Shown piece by piece: positions 10,881-23,344 of a DNA stretch of 64,000 nucleotides. Source of the stretch: Lingula anatina. Its lineage: Eukaryota > Animalia > Brachiopoda. Under the pieces are notes generated by a model. That model was not told the origin of the DNA and searched no databases. It saw nothing but the letters and a program-made list of their open reading frames with translations. The position numbers were made by a program, and so were the translations under genes. Location: positions 13,392,001 to 13,456,000 of the forward strand of contig CM120646.1 in the NCBI GenBank assembly GCA_051362555.1, written 5' to 3'. How positions within the stretch are numbered: the stretch's first letter is position 1; each line of letters begins with the position of its first letter.

Positions 10881-13800
10881 ATGAATTCGATCGTGACTTT
10901 GCTGGTAAGTTCTCTCTCTGCTTCTCTTTTGTCTCTCTCTTTCTCTCTCACTGCTAACGCGCTACTGATCCGTGGAAGTATATATACCGGTAGATACATA
11001 ATTTAAAGTTGTCAGTAGTTGTTTATTGTCCGTGACATTTGTACAAGTTCAAAATACAAGCTCAAAATAGCGTGCTATAATCTTGCAGTATACATCAAAG
11101 CAGAAAAACGCAAAATTACATACTTATAGAGTGTGAGGGAAGATAACTCCTAAACACGTTTTTTCATGTAGAATTTTCTTTTAAGACAATTTTATCACTT
11201 ATCTTTTCAACGATGGCACTGCGGTATCTGATTAGTTATATATCATAGGCGTGTCTACAACGCTATCTTGTAACTTCTCTCCCTCAGTAGGACAACCACG
11301 TACGCATAAATAAATACAAAGACATAAAATCAAAAATTGTTTCATTACATAATATATAAACCATATATTTCAGTTTTTTGTCTCGTGTGTGAGCACCAGC
11401 GCAATCCCCTCTGTGGTCTTAAGGCCAGAGGTCAAGTTGATAAACACCAGCTGGACGGTCTACGCTTGCCCGTCAGATGGCGCTGCCGACGACCAGACGA
11501 CAGCTTTCGTCCTGCCCGATGGAAACGGTTACGTAAGACCCAATGACGTCGTGATCAGCAAACAGGCAGGAGGGATGATGCACAAGATTTCTCACTCTGC
11601 ATCACTTGGTGAGTCCAGACAAGGAAGTAGATATAGGACGACCATGGTCCAGAAAACATGATTTATTGCTGTAGTGTATATCCTATTTTTTTCTTTTTTG
11701 AAAGTTTGCCATCTCTTTTTCCAACGTTAAGATCTACCATCCACTGCCTTCTAATCAAAAAGAGGAATAAAGATTTTCAAAAGAAATAAGTGGGCAGGTG
11801 TAGGGTTTTCTAAGCACAATGTTGTGCAGAAAATAAATTGTGAATCGGACATTTTCTATACTCTTTATTGTCTTTCACACAAAATTTTAGGTCAATAACA
11901 CGCTTTGGCTTTCAATAATCATGAAGAGAGTTTCGAGTCATGGTGAATTTCATGGAACATCTTCGCAGATTGTGTATAATCAATATGTAACACGTCCCTG
12001 TATGAAGTGATGTTCAAATAAATACAAGCTTATAGACTCGAATACCATAAGTTTGGATACGTATCTAGATCTAGAGTACACGTTAGAACGCTACAGTGCA
12101 CAAAAAGAGAAATACACATGTATATCAATTAACTTGAAATTTCGGCTATTTTTTTGAATCGTTAAGAATAGTACATGTAACAGTTTAAACCAATATACCC
12201 TCCGTAATATAAGTTTTAATGGTAAAAATCCTGTCGTCTGACGGGTAACGGGTGAAGTCAGGGAATTCAGAAAACTTTGCAATTTGGTAACGCACTATCA
12301 GTATCTTATATGAAAACTAAGAACCTATACTGGTTTTCAGCTGTTTGCGCGTTACATATACCGCCTATTCATCTGGTTGCAGCTAAATTACACACTGTGA
12401 ATTTGACATGTCTTAGCTCCAGGTCAATTTTGAAATATAAATGTTTTAAAGACATCCTATGAATAATAAGGTGTTTCAGAGTTTTGGCCACCCAGGTCGG
12501 CTCACGTACTCGGGATTCACGTACCAGACATAAAGGACGCTCAAAAGTTTTAACAGCAACACTTTTTAAATTTTTTCAATGTAATCACATATCAAGCTTA
12601 TGACTAGTGGGAAATTAGTAGTCGTGCACGTCCTTTGTTATTCAGTTTTGCCACCAGGCCGTGACATGTTTATACCATTTCCTGTTTGACGGAGTTGGTT
12701 ATGCACGGGTGTACCGGTGTCACCTGAAGAAACCGTCGTCGTGAATAAACCGTTCTGACGGATTATTCACGCGGGGGTAGCAGTCTGTTGACTTACAGTA
12801 CGTAGCTGCACATACATTTCCAACATTTCCCCGTAGAGAAAGTTGTAGTTTTATCAAACACACAATTTCTTTTTAATGAAAATGACTGAACTCTGAATTG
12901 AAAGAACATTGTAGAGTGAAAACATTTATACTACGAGTCTTAGATCTACCACGTTTTTCACACAGAGCAAAACAGTTCAGTCACAATCAAAAGCTCACTT
13001 CCAACATTCCCCCGTATACTGTAGTAATAAGATTATCAAATTCATACTCTCTCATGACGAAAACCACTGAATTATGAATTGAAAGATCATAGTTCAGTGC
13101 AAACATAGCGCCTACTTAGGACGACATCGTCATACCGGAAGTTACTTCTTTCAATCTACCCTCAATGCGCATGTGCAGAACGGTTTCGTCACGGCACGGG
13201 TCTATCACGCTACACCGGTTTGGGCGGGTCATTACGAAGCACTCATTTCGGATGACTCCTTGGGCACGTTTTTGAAAGACTTTCCACGTCGTTAGAGCAA
13301 CAAAGTAGTTTTTTGACTACACTATTTCGGATATAATTATCTCTGAAGTAGATTTATCACTTGGTTGCCGTAACACTGTTATTAATGCGAATTTACGAAT
13401 GACTTATTTTGAAAGAGGTCCTTGTCATCTCGACCAAGACTGTAATTTGTTGTCACATGAATACACATTTGTGGTCATATACTCACATAAACAAACATGT
13501 TTTGGAAGATCAGGGTTACAAAGATATTGTAATTTATGGGTTGGAGGAAACAGACTGGATTAAGTGGTATGGGAACGTTCATACCAGGCTCAGAGAGACC
13601 GAAAGTGGTTCGGTCTGAATGGCGCGGAGGACATTGGTGTGAAGACGGTGTTTTTCCTTAACTCAATACAAAATGACACAAACTTTGAATGATTTGGAAC
13701 ACTGGGATTGTTTACGTAGCCACAGTTCAGGTGCAAAACGGGAGTTCGGTCAAAATTGCAAGGTACGGCGACACCATTTTAACTGACTCGAAATCGGTTT

Positions 13801-16374
13801 GCTGTGACCTACTGTAGTGTGAACGAGACTAATATCCCTGATATTGTTTTACCTAGATGGATTAAGATATTCGTGTAAACGCCGATGACATAATTTTTAA
13901 AATAAGATTTGACACAGTTGACATGCGAAATATTTTAATATTATAATATTATAAAATATTTTAAAACTGCTCTTAGTGTATCAACTTTAATTTCCTGGGA
14001 CTTCGCAGTTGAGAAAAGAGATCCAGTGAGTTCCATAATAAAGCTCAATAGGGTGTTTTACGAAAGAATACTGAAAGTGCTTTATGATACGTGAGAATGC
14101 AGGCACCAGGGTACATATTACAAGAACGCTTTCGCATTAGGGAAAGTTATAAGGACTGTTGTAAGCTTCAGTGACCAACTACTAGTAGTAATTGAATTAA
14201 CCATCTCTCTCTCTCTCTCTCTCTTTTCTCTCTCTCTCTATTTTGTTGCTTGTTTTATTACGTAATACCTGTATGGTGTTTTGATTTCAGGGACATACGG
14301 CGTATTTTTAGGAAAGATTGCAGAACTTGATGACGTGTTTGAACAAGTGAATATATCTGAACCGTCCCAAGAAACAGAAGAGATCGAAAGACCAGAGTCC
14401 CAAGAGAGCGTTCCTGATTCGAACTTGATTAAAACTCTTACCTCACGGAATGGTTTGGTCTCTGGTAACACCACGGTTGTTAAACTGAAAGGTGTGGTTG
14501 ACCTTGTTGATATATTATATTATATTATATTATATTATATTATATTATATTATATTATATTATATTGAAATGCAGATAATCCTCCAACTTACTGCTACGC
14601 GTGTAACTGTTTTTTCATACAAGTGGGCACAAACGTTTTTGGTTGCTTACATGTTGTTATCAAAATTAGACATTCTTCATCTGAATGTGCGTTTGTACCT
14701 ATTTTAAATCTTTCTATTAATAGGTAGAAGTAAAGTTTGGAAATGCGCAGGGCATGTGTACCAGGGCGAAAACGAGACATCGCACGTGACTTTTTACTTG
14801 GTGATTCCGCGAAGAGAGAGTGACCACATCAATGTAGATGACGTACTGGTAGGCAGTTCTAGCGGCGGTTTTCTAGAAAAAGTGACAGAAATTGTGTCCA
14901 TCCCTTCCCCATGGAGAACAAAGTTCGTCCACACCGAGTTATTGTTTTGTGGAAACCTAGAAGACTCATCAGATGTATTTCGGTACGAATTTTTATTGCT
15001 ATGTCTGTGTATATATACTCTTCGTTCTGGTCGGTATATTTGGCGGTATACCGGATAGCCTATATGTACGTTCCCACCGAGTTGTCTTGAGCTGTAATAT
15101 TTTATTGACTTTGGCGGCAACCCATGAGCTTATCTATGGAAATAACACCTTTGCCAAGTCCTGTAATTGCCACATGTGACACCCAAATATTTTTCTCGAG
15201 TTTATTCCTAAATTTGTTATATTATATGACCATAAATATGCATTTAAATATGCCAAATAATTGTTTGCAGCACTGGTAAACCTATTGTGATAACTTTATT
15301 TAGGATTAATGAAATTCGGAGAGGCTTACAATATACCTCTTGTGTTGGTGGAGATGGAATCCCGGGCCTTCAAATGTTCCAGAGACGGACTCCACGATCA
15401 GTTTCAGTTGGTAGCGTTATACCTGGAAGACCCTCACAAGAGTTTGCTGCAAAGGTAGACCTTCACTCTAGTTGCTATACCTTATAACTCTGGCATGAGG
15501 GGATTTCGTTTTAACTCTGGACAGTAGCCTGTAAAAGGTGTCACATCTGCCATTTGTAATGCTGTTTTAATAATTAGTTAAAATTATTTTTAAATACAAA
15601 AGCGTTACATTTTTCCTGCAGTTTAGGGAGCATGCCTAGATTTTTTTTTTTTTTTTTTTGCCGCGGAAGGACTGATAAAACGATTTTTTCGGCAATCTCC
15701 ACAAAGATTTGTATTTTCAGTCTTTAACTCTTTCATGTTCCCAATTTGGAAAAGCGTTGTTCAAACCAAAGTCACTGTCTTGTTTGCCTGTTGCCTGTAC
15801 AGTACGTTTAAACTTATGATTAATATACAATAATATGTATTATTCTGATTTTTTTAAAATATGACCTCGCTTTACATACTGATATATTTATTTGGTTTCA
15901 CTAAGGTACTCCGAAGTTTCCAGAAAGATGGCTACAACTTCTTTGAAGTTTCTCCTGTGGAATCCATTGAAGGCGGGGAGGTGACTGTGGCGAGCACGGG
16001 TATCACGACAGATAGACATGCAAGACAGAAGAGAACGACATTCACAGCGGGAAAAAAATTCAAGGCAACGTTTCCAGTAACCCTAGGGAAAGTCAAGGTA
16101 AGCACGCATGCGCTTTAAGTTTCAAGAAAATTGTTAACAAGTTGATGGAAGTACATATTGCAGCATAGGTAAAATGTAAGTACGATTCCGGATTAATTTG
16201 AAGTAAAATAAATTTTATCGGATAAAGCAGTAAGCGCCCTTTGTCATTTGATACATGTATTAGCATTAAAAAAAGTACATATTCAACAATAAATTGCATA
16301 TTTTAGTATTCTATCCTATTTATTTAAGTATTCTATCCTATCCACTTCCTTTCTTGTATATTTTATGTCCGTTT

Positions 16375-16463
<89 letters not shown>

Positions 16464-17580
16464 TGTCAGAGAGAGAGAGAGAGGGGGGGGGGGTGTTCGG
16501 GAATCCAAAGCAATTACAACACACAAGTTAAGGAACATAAATACGAGATAAATTCCACCCCGATGACCAAGGTGATGACATTTATTGCAGATAATCAGCA
16601 TTTTTCATGCTTTTGACAGTGGTGATTTTATTCTCGTTATTGTTCTATTTCAGTGACTAATATAATGCGCAAACAATGTCTTGTATTGAGTGGATCTCAT
16701 ACATCTATGGTATGCGAGACCAAAAGACAGGAAGAATTAACCATAAATATCAGTTTGGTCTTGGCCTTGTGCCTTTCTTGCGACTTTGGCGTACTCTGTA
16801 AAACTTTCAAATTTGACAACACATCCAGGAGATGCTATATATACATCCTCAGGGTTACCAATAGAAACCACGCAGATTGTCCACCCTGAAAATAATTATG
16901 AATAATGGATTGATAAATAATGGTGACAGAAACTATAAATTATCCAAACAAACAAACAAAAAATATATATATTTCACTTCATTCTTTTTAGATGGTAAAT
17001 ATGAATTAGAACTGTGGGCCTGTTTCAAGGGTCACATCAATTATGGTCTGATCAGATAAGAGCATTGATATACATGTATATATACAGACATGACATTTAA
17101 TATGGAATGTTTTTCCAATTCATCTTTTCATGCTTAGCTTATCACAGTAACGTTTAAAGTTTTTGTGGTGATCTCTTAAATCAGGTACGGAAAAGGTCAA
17201 CTACAGAATTGGTCACAGGGCCTTCACAAAACGATTGGTACGCGACATTTTAAATTATGTGCGAAACGATACCTTAGTCGGCTTAAAGTAACGGAAGTCT
17301 TTACTTAGACTGAATATAGATTTGATCGTATTGACTCTTCACTCAACACTCTTCAGGGATATACTAACCTTGTTTTTTAATACTTGTTGCTCTTGGTCGC
17401 GGATCGCCCAGGTTAGACATCTTGTCAGTAAGTAGCCATATTAGCTTCGAGTTTTCTTCCAAGAAAAAATCTTCAAACATGAGCTGCGCAGTCTCTAAAG
17501 CCAGTTTTATGTTCGTAGCTCCCTCTTGAAAAGAGACAAAAATGATTTTGTAATAATGTATGTGTGTATTTGTGTGTGCG

Positions 17581-17619
<39 letters not shown>

Positions 17620-20600
17620 GTATGCGCGTTTGTATGTTTACGGAAGAGAAGGAGAGAGTTAAGAAAGAGAGAGAGAGAAGATATTGTCTTACTTCTATTG
17701 TCAATCGCGTCAATGTAAGCTTTAACGGTGGCCAAATTAGTGTATTCATTCAGCTCGAACTCTCTCTCCACATCAGTGGCAAACGTCAATGCACCAACCC
17801 GGGTTCCATCGGGGGCAATAGGACAATGCCTATTGATGAATTCAGCAATCATCTGAGAAATAAAAGCGTGGCTTCCATACATTCAATGCTGCGATGATGG
17901 CATATTAATAATGCAAAAAACCAAACATATTAATCTTTTGGTGTCAAACCAAATACAGGTACATTCATTTTGACAGATCATATGAAGTGGCTCTATCACG
18001 CTTTGTAAACTGTGCATCATAACGCACACATAGAATAAGACTGGGTTCTCATACCTAGATCGATCTAACTGGATCGATCCATCTCCAATGAGTTTCTTGC
18101 TAAATCGCTTACAGCTTAAGCGGCTAAGATGTCTGGCACGCCTACTGAAGCTGCTGAACGTCAATTAATTAATCCTAGAAGCTTCAGTAGGCCTGACAAA
18201 CATCTAAGCCGCCTAAGTTGACTGCAATTTAGCGAGAATCCCCTCGGAGATAGAACAATCTACAGTTAGTGCGATAGGGTCTTGGGATAGTCCGTAAGCC
18301 TGCCTAAGAAGAACCATTCTAATCCCACATTGACTATCTAATTGCGCGAAATATGATTACAATTAAACCACGCTGTATCAGATAAAAATGGGCTAATGCT
18401 CGCCAGATTTATTAATTTTATAACGTACGAATAAATAATTAAATTAGAAATAGCCCATGGTAAGATCACTGACGTGTGGGAGCGGGAGATGAATACCTAT
18501 ATCAGCACCCGGCCGTCAAAGCAAAAATAACTTTCTTTAGATGTTATTTACATCTTAAATTCAAAATAAAACTGTGTTCTTTGGAAAATTATTTTTACAT
18601 ATTGAATTCAGCGTTATCAAAGGACCTCTTACCTTTGTTGCATATTTCTGCACCTTAAACTCAGTATCATCAATGCTCGAACTGCTGTCCAATGCGAAGA
18701 CAATATCAAGATCAGAGTTCTTACTGTTGGTTTGCTCGGTGGTACAGTGAGACACAATCTTCTTTAAAATGTCCGAGAGCTGGCTTGCTGTTGTTGATGT
18801 CCCTTTTTAAAAGTAAAATAAATTCTGGCAATACATGAAATATTTTCATTACAGTTACCATATATCTATATGTCCACTTTGTCATTATTTAGGAAAAACA
18901 GTAGATCCGGAAAAAGATATCAATGGCTACAACTTAGTACATGACTAAGTATATATAATTACTAAGTATATGAAATTGGGGTCAGCGTTTTTTTAATGAA
19001 AATGTACTGATATAAATCTCAAAAAAAGATCTGTTACACCGAAAAATACTGCAAAGCTGGGATATAGATATGATAGTCAAGGTACAATGTTTATCATATT
19101 GAACGTTCTCCTATTCATCGACATTTTATGGAATACAATTATCAATAACTTACCATTACCCCGTGGAATAGAGTTAACCACACACCACTCGTTCAGCAAC
19201 AGAGCAGCAGTCAGAATGAGTGCAAAGAATCGCTTCATATCGGTTGCAGCGTTGGATCTGTATGGCGTTACTATTAACCGCGCTGTCTTATATAATGCTA
19301 AGAGCGGATGCGCCGCTGACACACCTATTGTGTTGTTGTTGCCAATGGCCAATGTAATCACCAAAGACGAATTTAATGGCAGTCTGGTACAAGATATATA
19401 TGTGACATTTGTATGAATTGAGGGGAAATGTGTACGCTCACTGGACGCGTTTAAACATAGCTTCCTCAGGAATGACCTTGTGGTCCAAATGAAAACGTCA
19501 ATGAATAACCTGTATCAAAACAAGTTGAAAAGTACGGAACAACTCGAACCGAATTCTAGAATTGCCTTCTTTCAAAATACACAGAAATGTACGTATATAA
19601 ACAAAAGCCCTAAAGATACGAGAGCTCCACACAGACTGTTGTAATGACAGTCTAAGTGCACCATTGGTCGACCGTAATGCCTTAACCTGCGCTCGTAAAA
19701 TGTTTAATATCTGCAATGAACACGTACTTTGAGACATTAACGTAACAACTGGGCACTAAAATAAGACAACCATTACGCCGGCGCCTTATCAGAAAATGAA
19801 CACGCATTGCTTTGAGGCATGTACAGACAAGAACAAGAGCTTGTCGCCTTGTTGCTATAAGTTTAACTGCAGCGCAGTATGTTGGGTTTTACATTTTGAA
19901 ATGTGGCCATGCCAATTGACTACAAAAAGGCATTTTACAGACCGGTTCTTTACTCTCACATTGATTAAGACCTACAGCATTGGTCAAAAAGGGTTGTCCC
20001 ATCCCCAATTCTATGTGCTTTTATTTAAAAACGATCACGTCATTGGTGTAAACTGTTCTAAACAATGCTTTTTATTACAGATACCATAACTTACAGGATT
20101 AATCGTTCTGAAAATACAAAATAGCGGTGAAATTATCTACATTTTATAGCATTAATTCACATTTAAAGTGTGCACCACTCCAATCTGGTGTTTACTGTGA
20201 TTTCCACAGAGACAAAGAAATGTCTGTTAATTAAATTAAAAAGACACCGCCTAATATCACCGAATTTACACAAAATAAACATTAGGATGTGCTCATTAAA
20301 GGCCACGTGGCTGATGTGTGTGTCTACCGCGTACTGCAATCACCTTCACCAAGAGTAACAATCCTGTTTTGTGGGAAATTGTCCCACATTCTTTATAAAG
20401 AACTTGGCGAAGATGGTCCAGATTAGTTGGAGATTGGTTCTCCTCTGCATTGCATACTCCAATTCATGCCACAGGTGATCGGTAGGGTTAATATCAGGGT
20501 TCAAAGATGGTTACCCCATCCTCCGAACGTTGTTTCTGCAACAAATCACTTGCCAGTACCCTGAGTGTCAGAGAAACGTAAAAGCTAGCTTGCTAAATAT

Positions 20601-23296
20601 ACCTCGTGGTGGAGTCGCTTTTACGATTACCACAACAAAAAAAAAAAAAAACTTTTTTAGAAAAAAAACAGAGACTAACTTTGAATTTAAAAATGGATTC
20701 ATTAACCATTGTTAAGTATTGGAAAATTGTTGTTTACTCCAGGGAATTCATTTTTTGGCCAAAACGAAGAGTTATTATTATCCCTTTAAACCGTAAAAAG
20801 TATATCCAAAGGCCCCTGTGTAACCAAGAACACCATTCGCACAAACAGCACAGTACTTATGTCGCCCTCTGTACATACATCCTTCACACGAGAATTGGTT
20901 GTTTCCTTTTAATATATATATATATATATATATATAATCTCTTCAGGTCCCATGTGGCACCTTCACAGCCTCGGCGAAGGCAATTTTCAGGGCATATCCT
21001 CGAGTATCAATCACACTGAGGTGGAGCCGCCCATTCCTTCACAGGATCAAAGCCTCCCTCGACTCCTCGGTGACATTAAGGGTGACTCTGAGACTGGACT
21101 TCAAATGCAGGTATGCGTCGACGCATTAATCAGTTTTAAATCGTATTGGTTATTTATATGATGTGCCATTAGGTATCATTGCCTTCGAAAATGGTATTGA
21201 ATTAGATAATTCAATTTCACTCGTTTCACGAAGCCTTTTCTGGTTAACACTGCACTTAAGCGTTTCGGAGTTCGCTGGCTATGTTTATTTGAAAGCCTAG
21301 GTGAGTTTAGCGACTGAGTCTATGATGGTTGAAGATGACTGCATGAATGTGACTATAGCCTACCATTTTGAAAGAGGCTGCGGACATTTAGTTTGCGTCA
21401 CACGTATTCTAACACCAAGGCCTGTATGTATCACAAAAAACGTTTTATTTATCATAATCAAATGAATGCGTATTGTTGATACACTTATTGAGACTACCTC
21501 AGATCAATTGGAACAGCTCTGGAAGTAAACACGGTGAAACAATACATAGATAAAACCTGTGAATTCAAAACTACCGGGTACACTTTACCCTTTTTTACAA
21601 GTACACAGCTACTGTAGTCTGACTAACATGTTTGTCGATTTTGATGATGGGCTTGGGATTCTAGCTTTTCTCACATCGACTATGGCTTAGACCTTAATGA
21701 TATATTCTTTGGAAAGGATCACGGTTAAGACTGGTTTTGTTGCGTTTCAGGGTGTCACACACTGGCCCAAAGAAAGCTAAATTCAACCACCCTATTGACA
21801 ACAGACATCTGGTCTCTTTGTGTATCCCAATTTGGGCTGGCCTATGTATCCCTGTTGGTATTCTCGCTGATTTGAAGGTGAAATATGTATTGGAAGCACA
21901 GGTAGGTGTTGGTAGCAAAACACGAATGGTGTGGAATTTTTGCCTCCATCGAATTTTTGACTGCGTTAATTTTGATACGTTTCCATTTATGCGTATTCCT
22001 AATTTGGTTGAAAAGACCACTTCGAAATCAAGTGCAGTCTCTTTTCATAGTGAGTTTTGGTTTGTTGCATTATTCAATTATTCAATCTTTGCAAAGAGTG
22101 TCCTAAAATGTATAAAGACCACATAATACTTATCACACCTCTTACGAAAATTTCCATTGGGAGTTATATGGGACTCTGCAGACGTCTTATGGTATTCCTA
22201 TCATATGTCCTATAGGACCATATAGGATTTGGGGCCAATTTCCTATAGGGTCCTGGGAACAACGCCTTATTTTTAAACAACATAATTAATCATTTGTCCA
22301 GGGGAAAGGATTTGCTGAGGTATCTCTGGAACGAACCGGAAGTGTGGACATGTCGGCAGGCTGGTCCAGTAGTTCCGGTGTCTTCAGTTCAGGTCCTGAT
22401 GTAAGTACATGACAGATCATCTGGAAATTACTCGGCCGGCAATGAAGTTATTGAGAAATTAGCCCGAAGAAAATAGTACTAAGGCTGTATAGGGCTGGGT
22501 CCGTAACGCATAATTGATTTTGAACGATCATTTCTTCTGCCATGTAAAATATACTGTACATTGATCTTTATTTAATTATTTGTTTTATGTAGTAGCTATA
22601 CGAGATAATGCAGCTTTTTCACACTGACCAAATTGTACATCCATGTATGCAGTGCAACTTCCAGAATGTGCCCAAAAACAAGATTTAAAACTTTAAAAGT
22701 TCAGTCAATGTCGGCAGTTTGATAAATTTCACCTTCATCAAATATTTTTTCTCTCAGTTCACGCTAAGCTCTCCGGCTCCGAAATTGAGCGGTGGACTAA
22801 CACGTGACCAAACGTTTGCGTCAGCAACACTAACTATTACCCCCGCCCTGAAGCTGCACGTCCCGAACCTCAAAACCATAGCTAGATTACTTCGAGCTGC
22901 TGGATGGTGGATTCGAAAAGTACTGAGAAAGCTTTTTAAGGTTGAAAATCAACGTAAGAATGTTATGTTTGATTTTTCTTTCTTTCTTTTTTTTTTTACA
23001 TCTTTTTATTAAAACCCTTTGCATGTTTTGTATTGAAATGGGCAGTATGCGTACCAAGAAAGCAGTGTGATGTAACAAGAAACCAGTTGATCCGGTTTGC
23101 TCTGGGTGGGGGTCAGTTGAACGGCGCCCAAATTGGTCCGTCTGTAGCATTTGCATGCACCCAGTATTCAACATATAAGCAAACAGAAAAGCAGTAATAG
23201 TGTTCTCGATTGATAGTTCCCGTTTTGTTTTAAATTCACATGTGAAATACTTTTTAATCATATTTCAGAAGTTTTGAAAGTATATATTTTCACTCC

Positions 23297-23344
<48 letters not shown>

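Noticed and set aside
17364-17882. 172-aa single ORF read as one VWA exon
   Set aside because: It reads through a 168-nt microsatellite-containing intron (17525-17692) with clear GT-AG ends. The spliced model restores a normal VWA.
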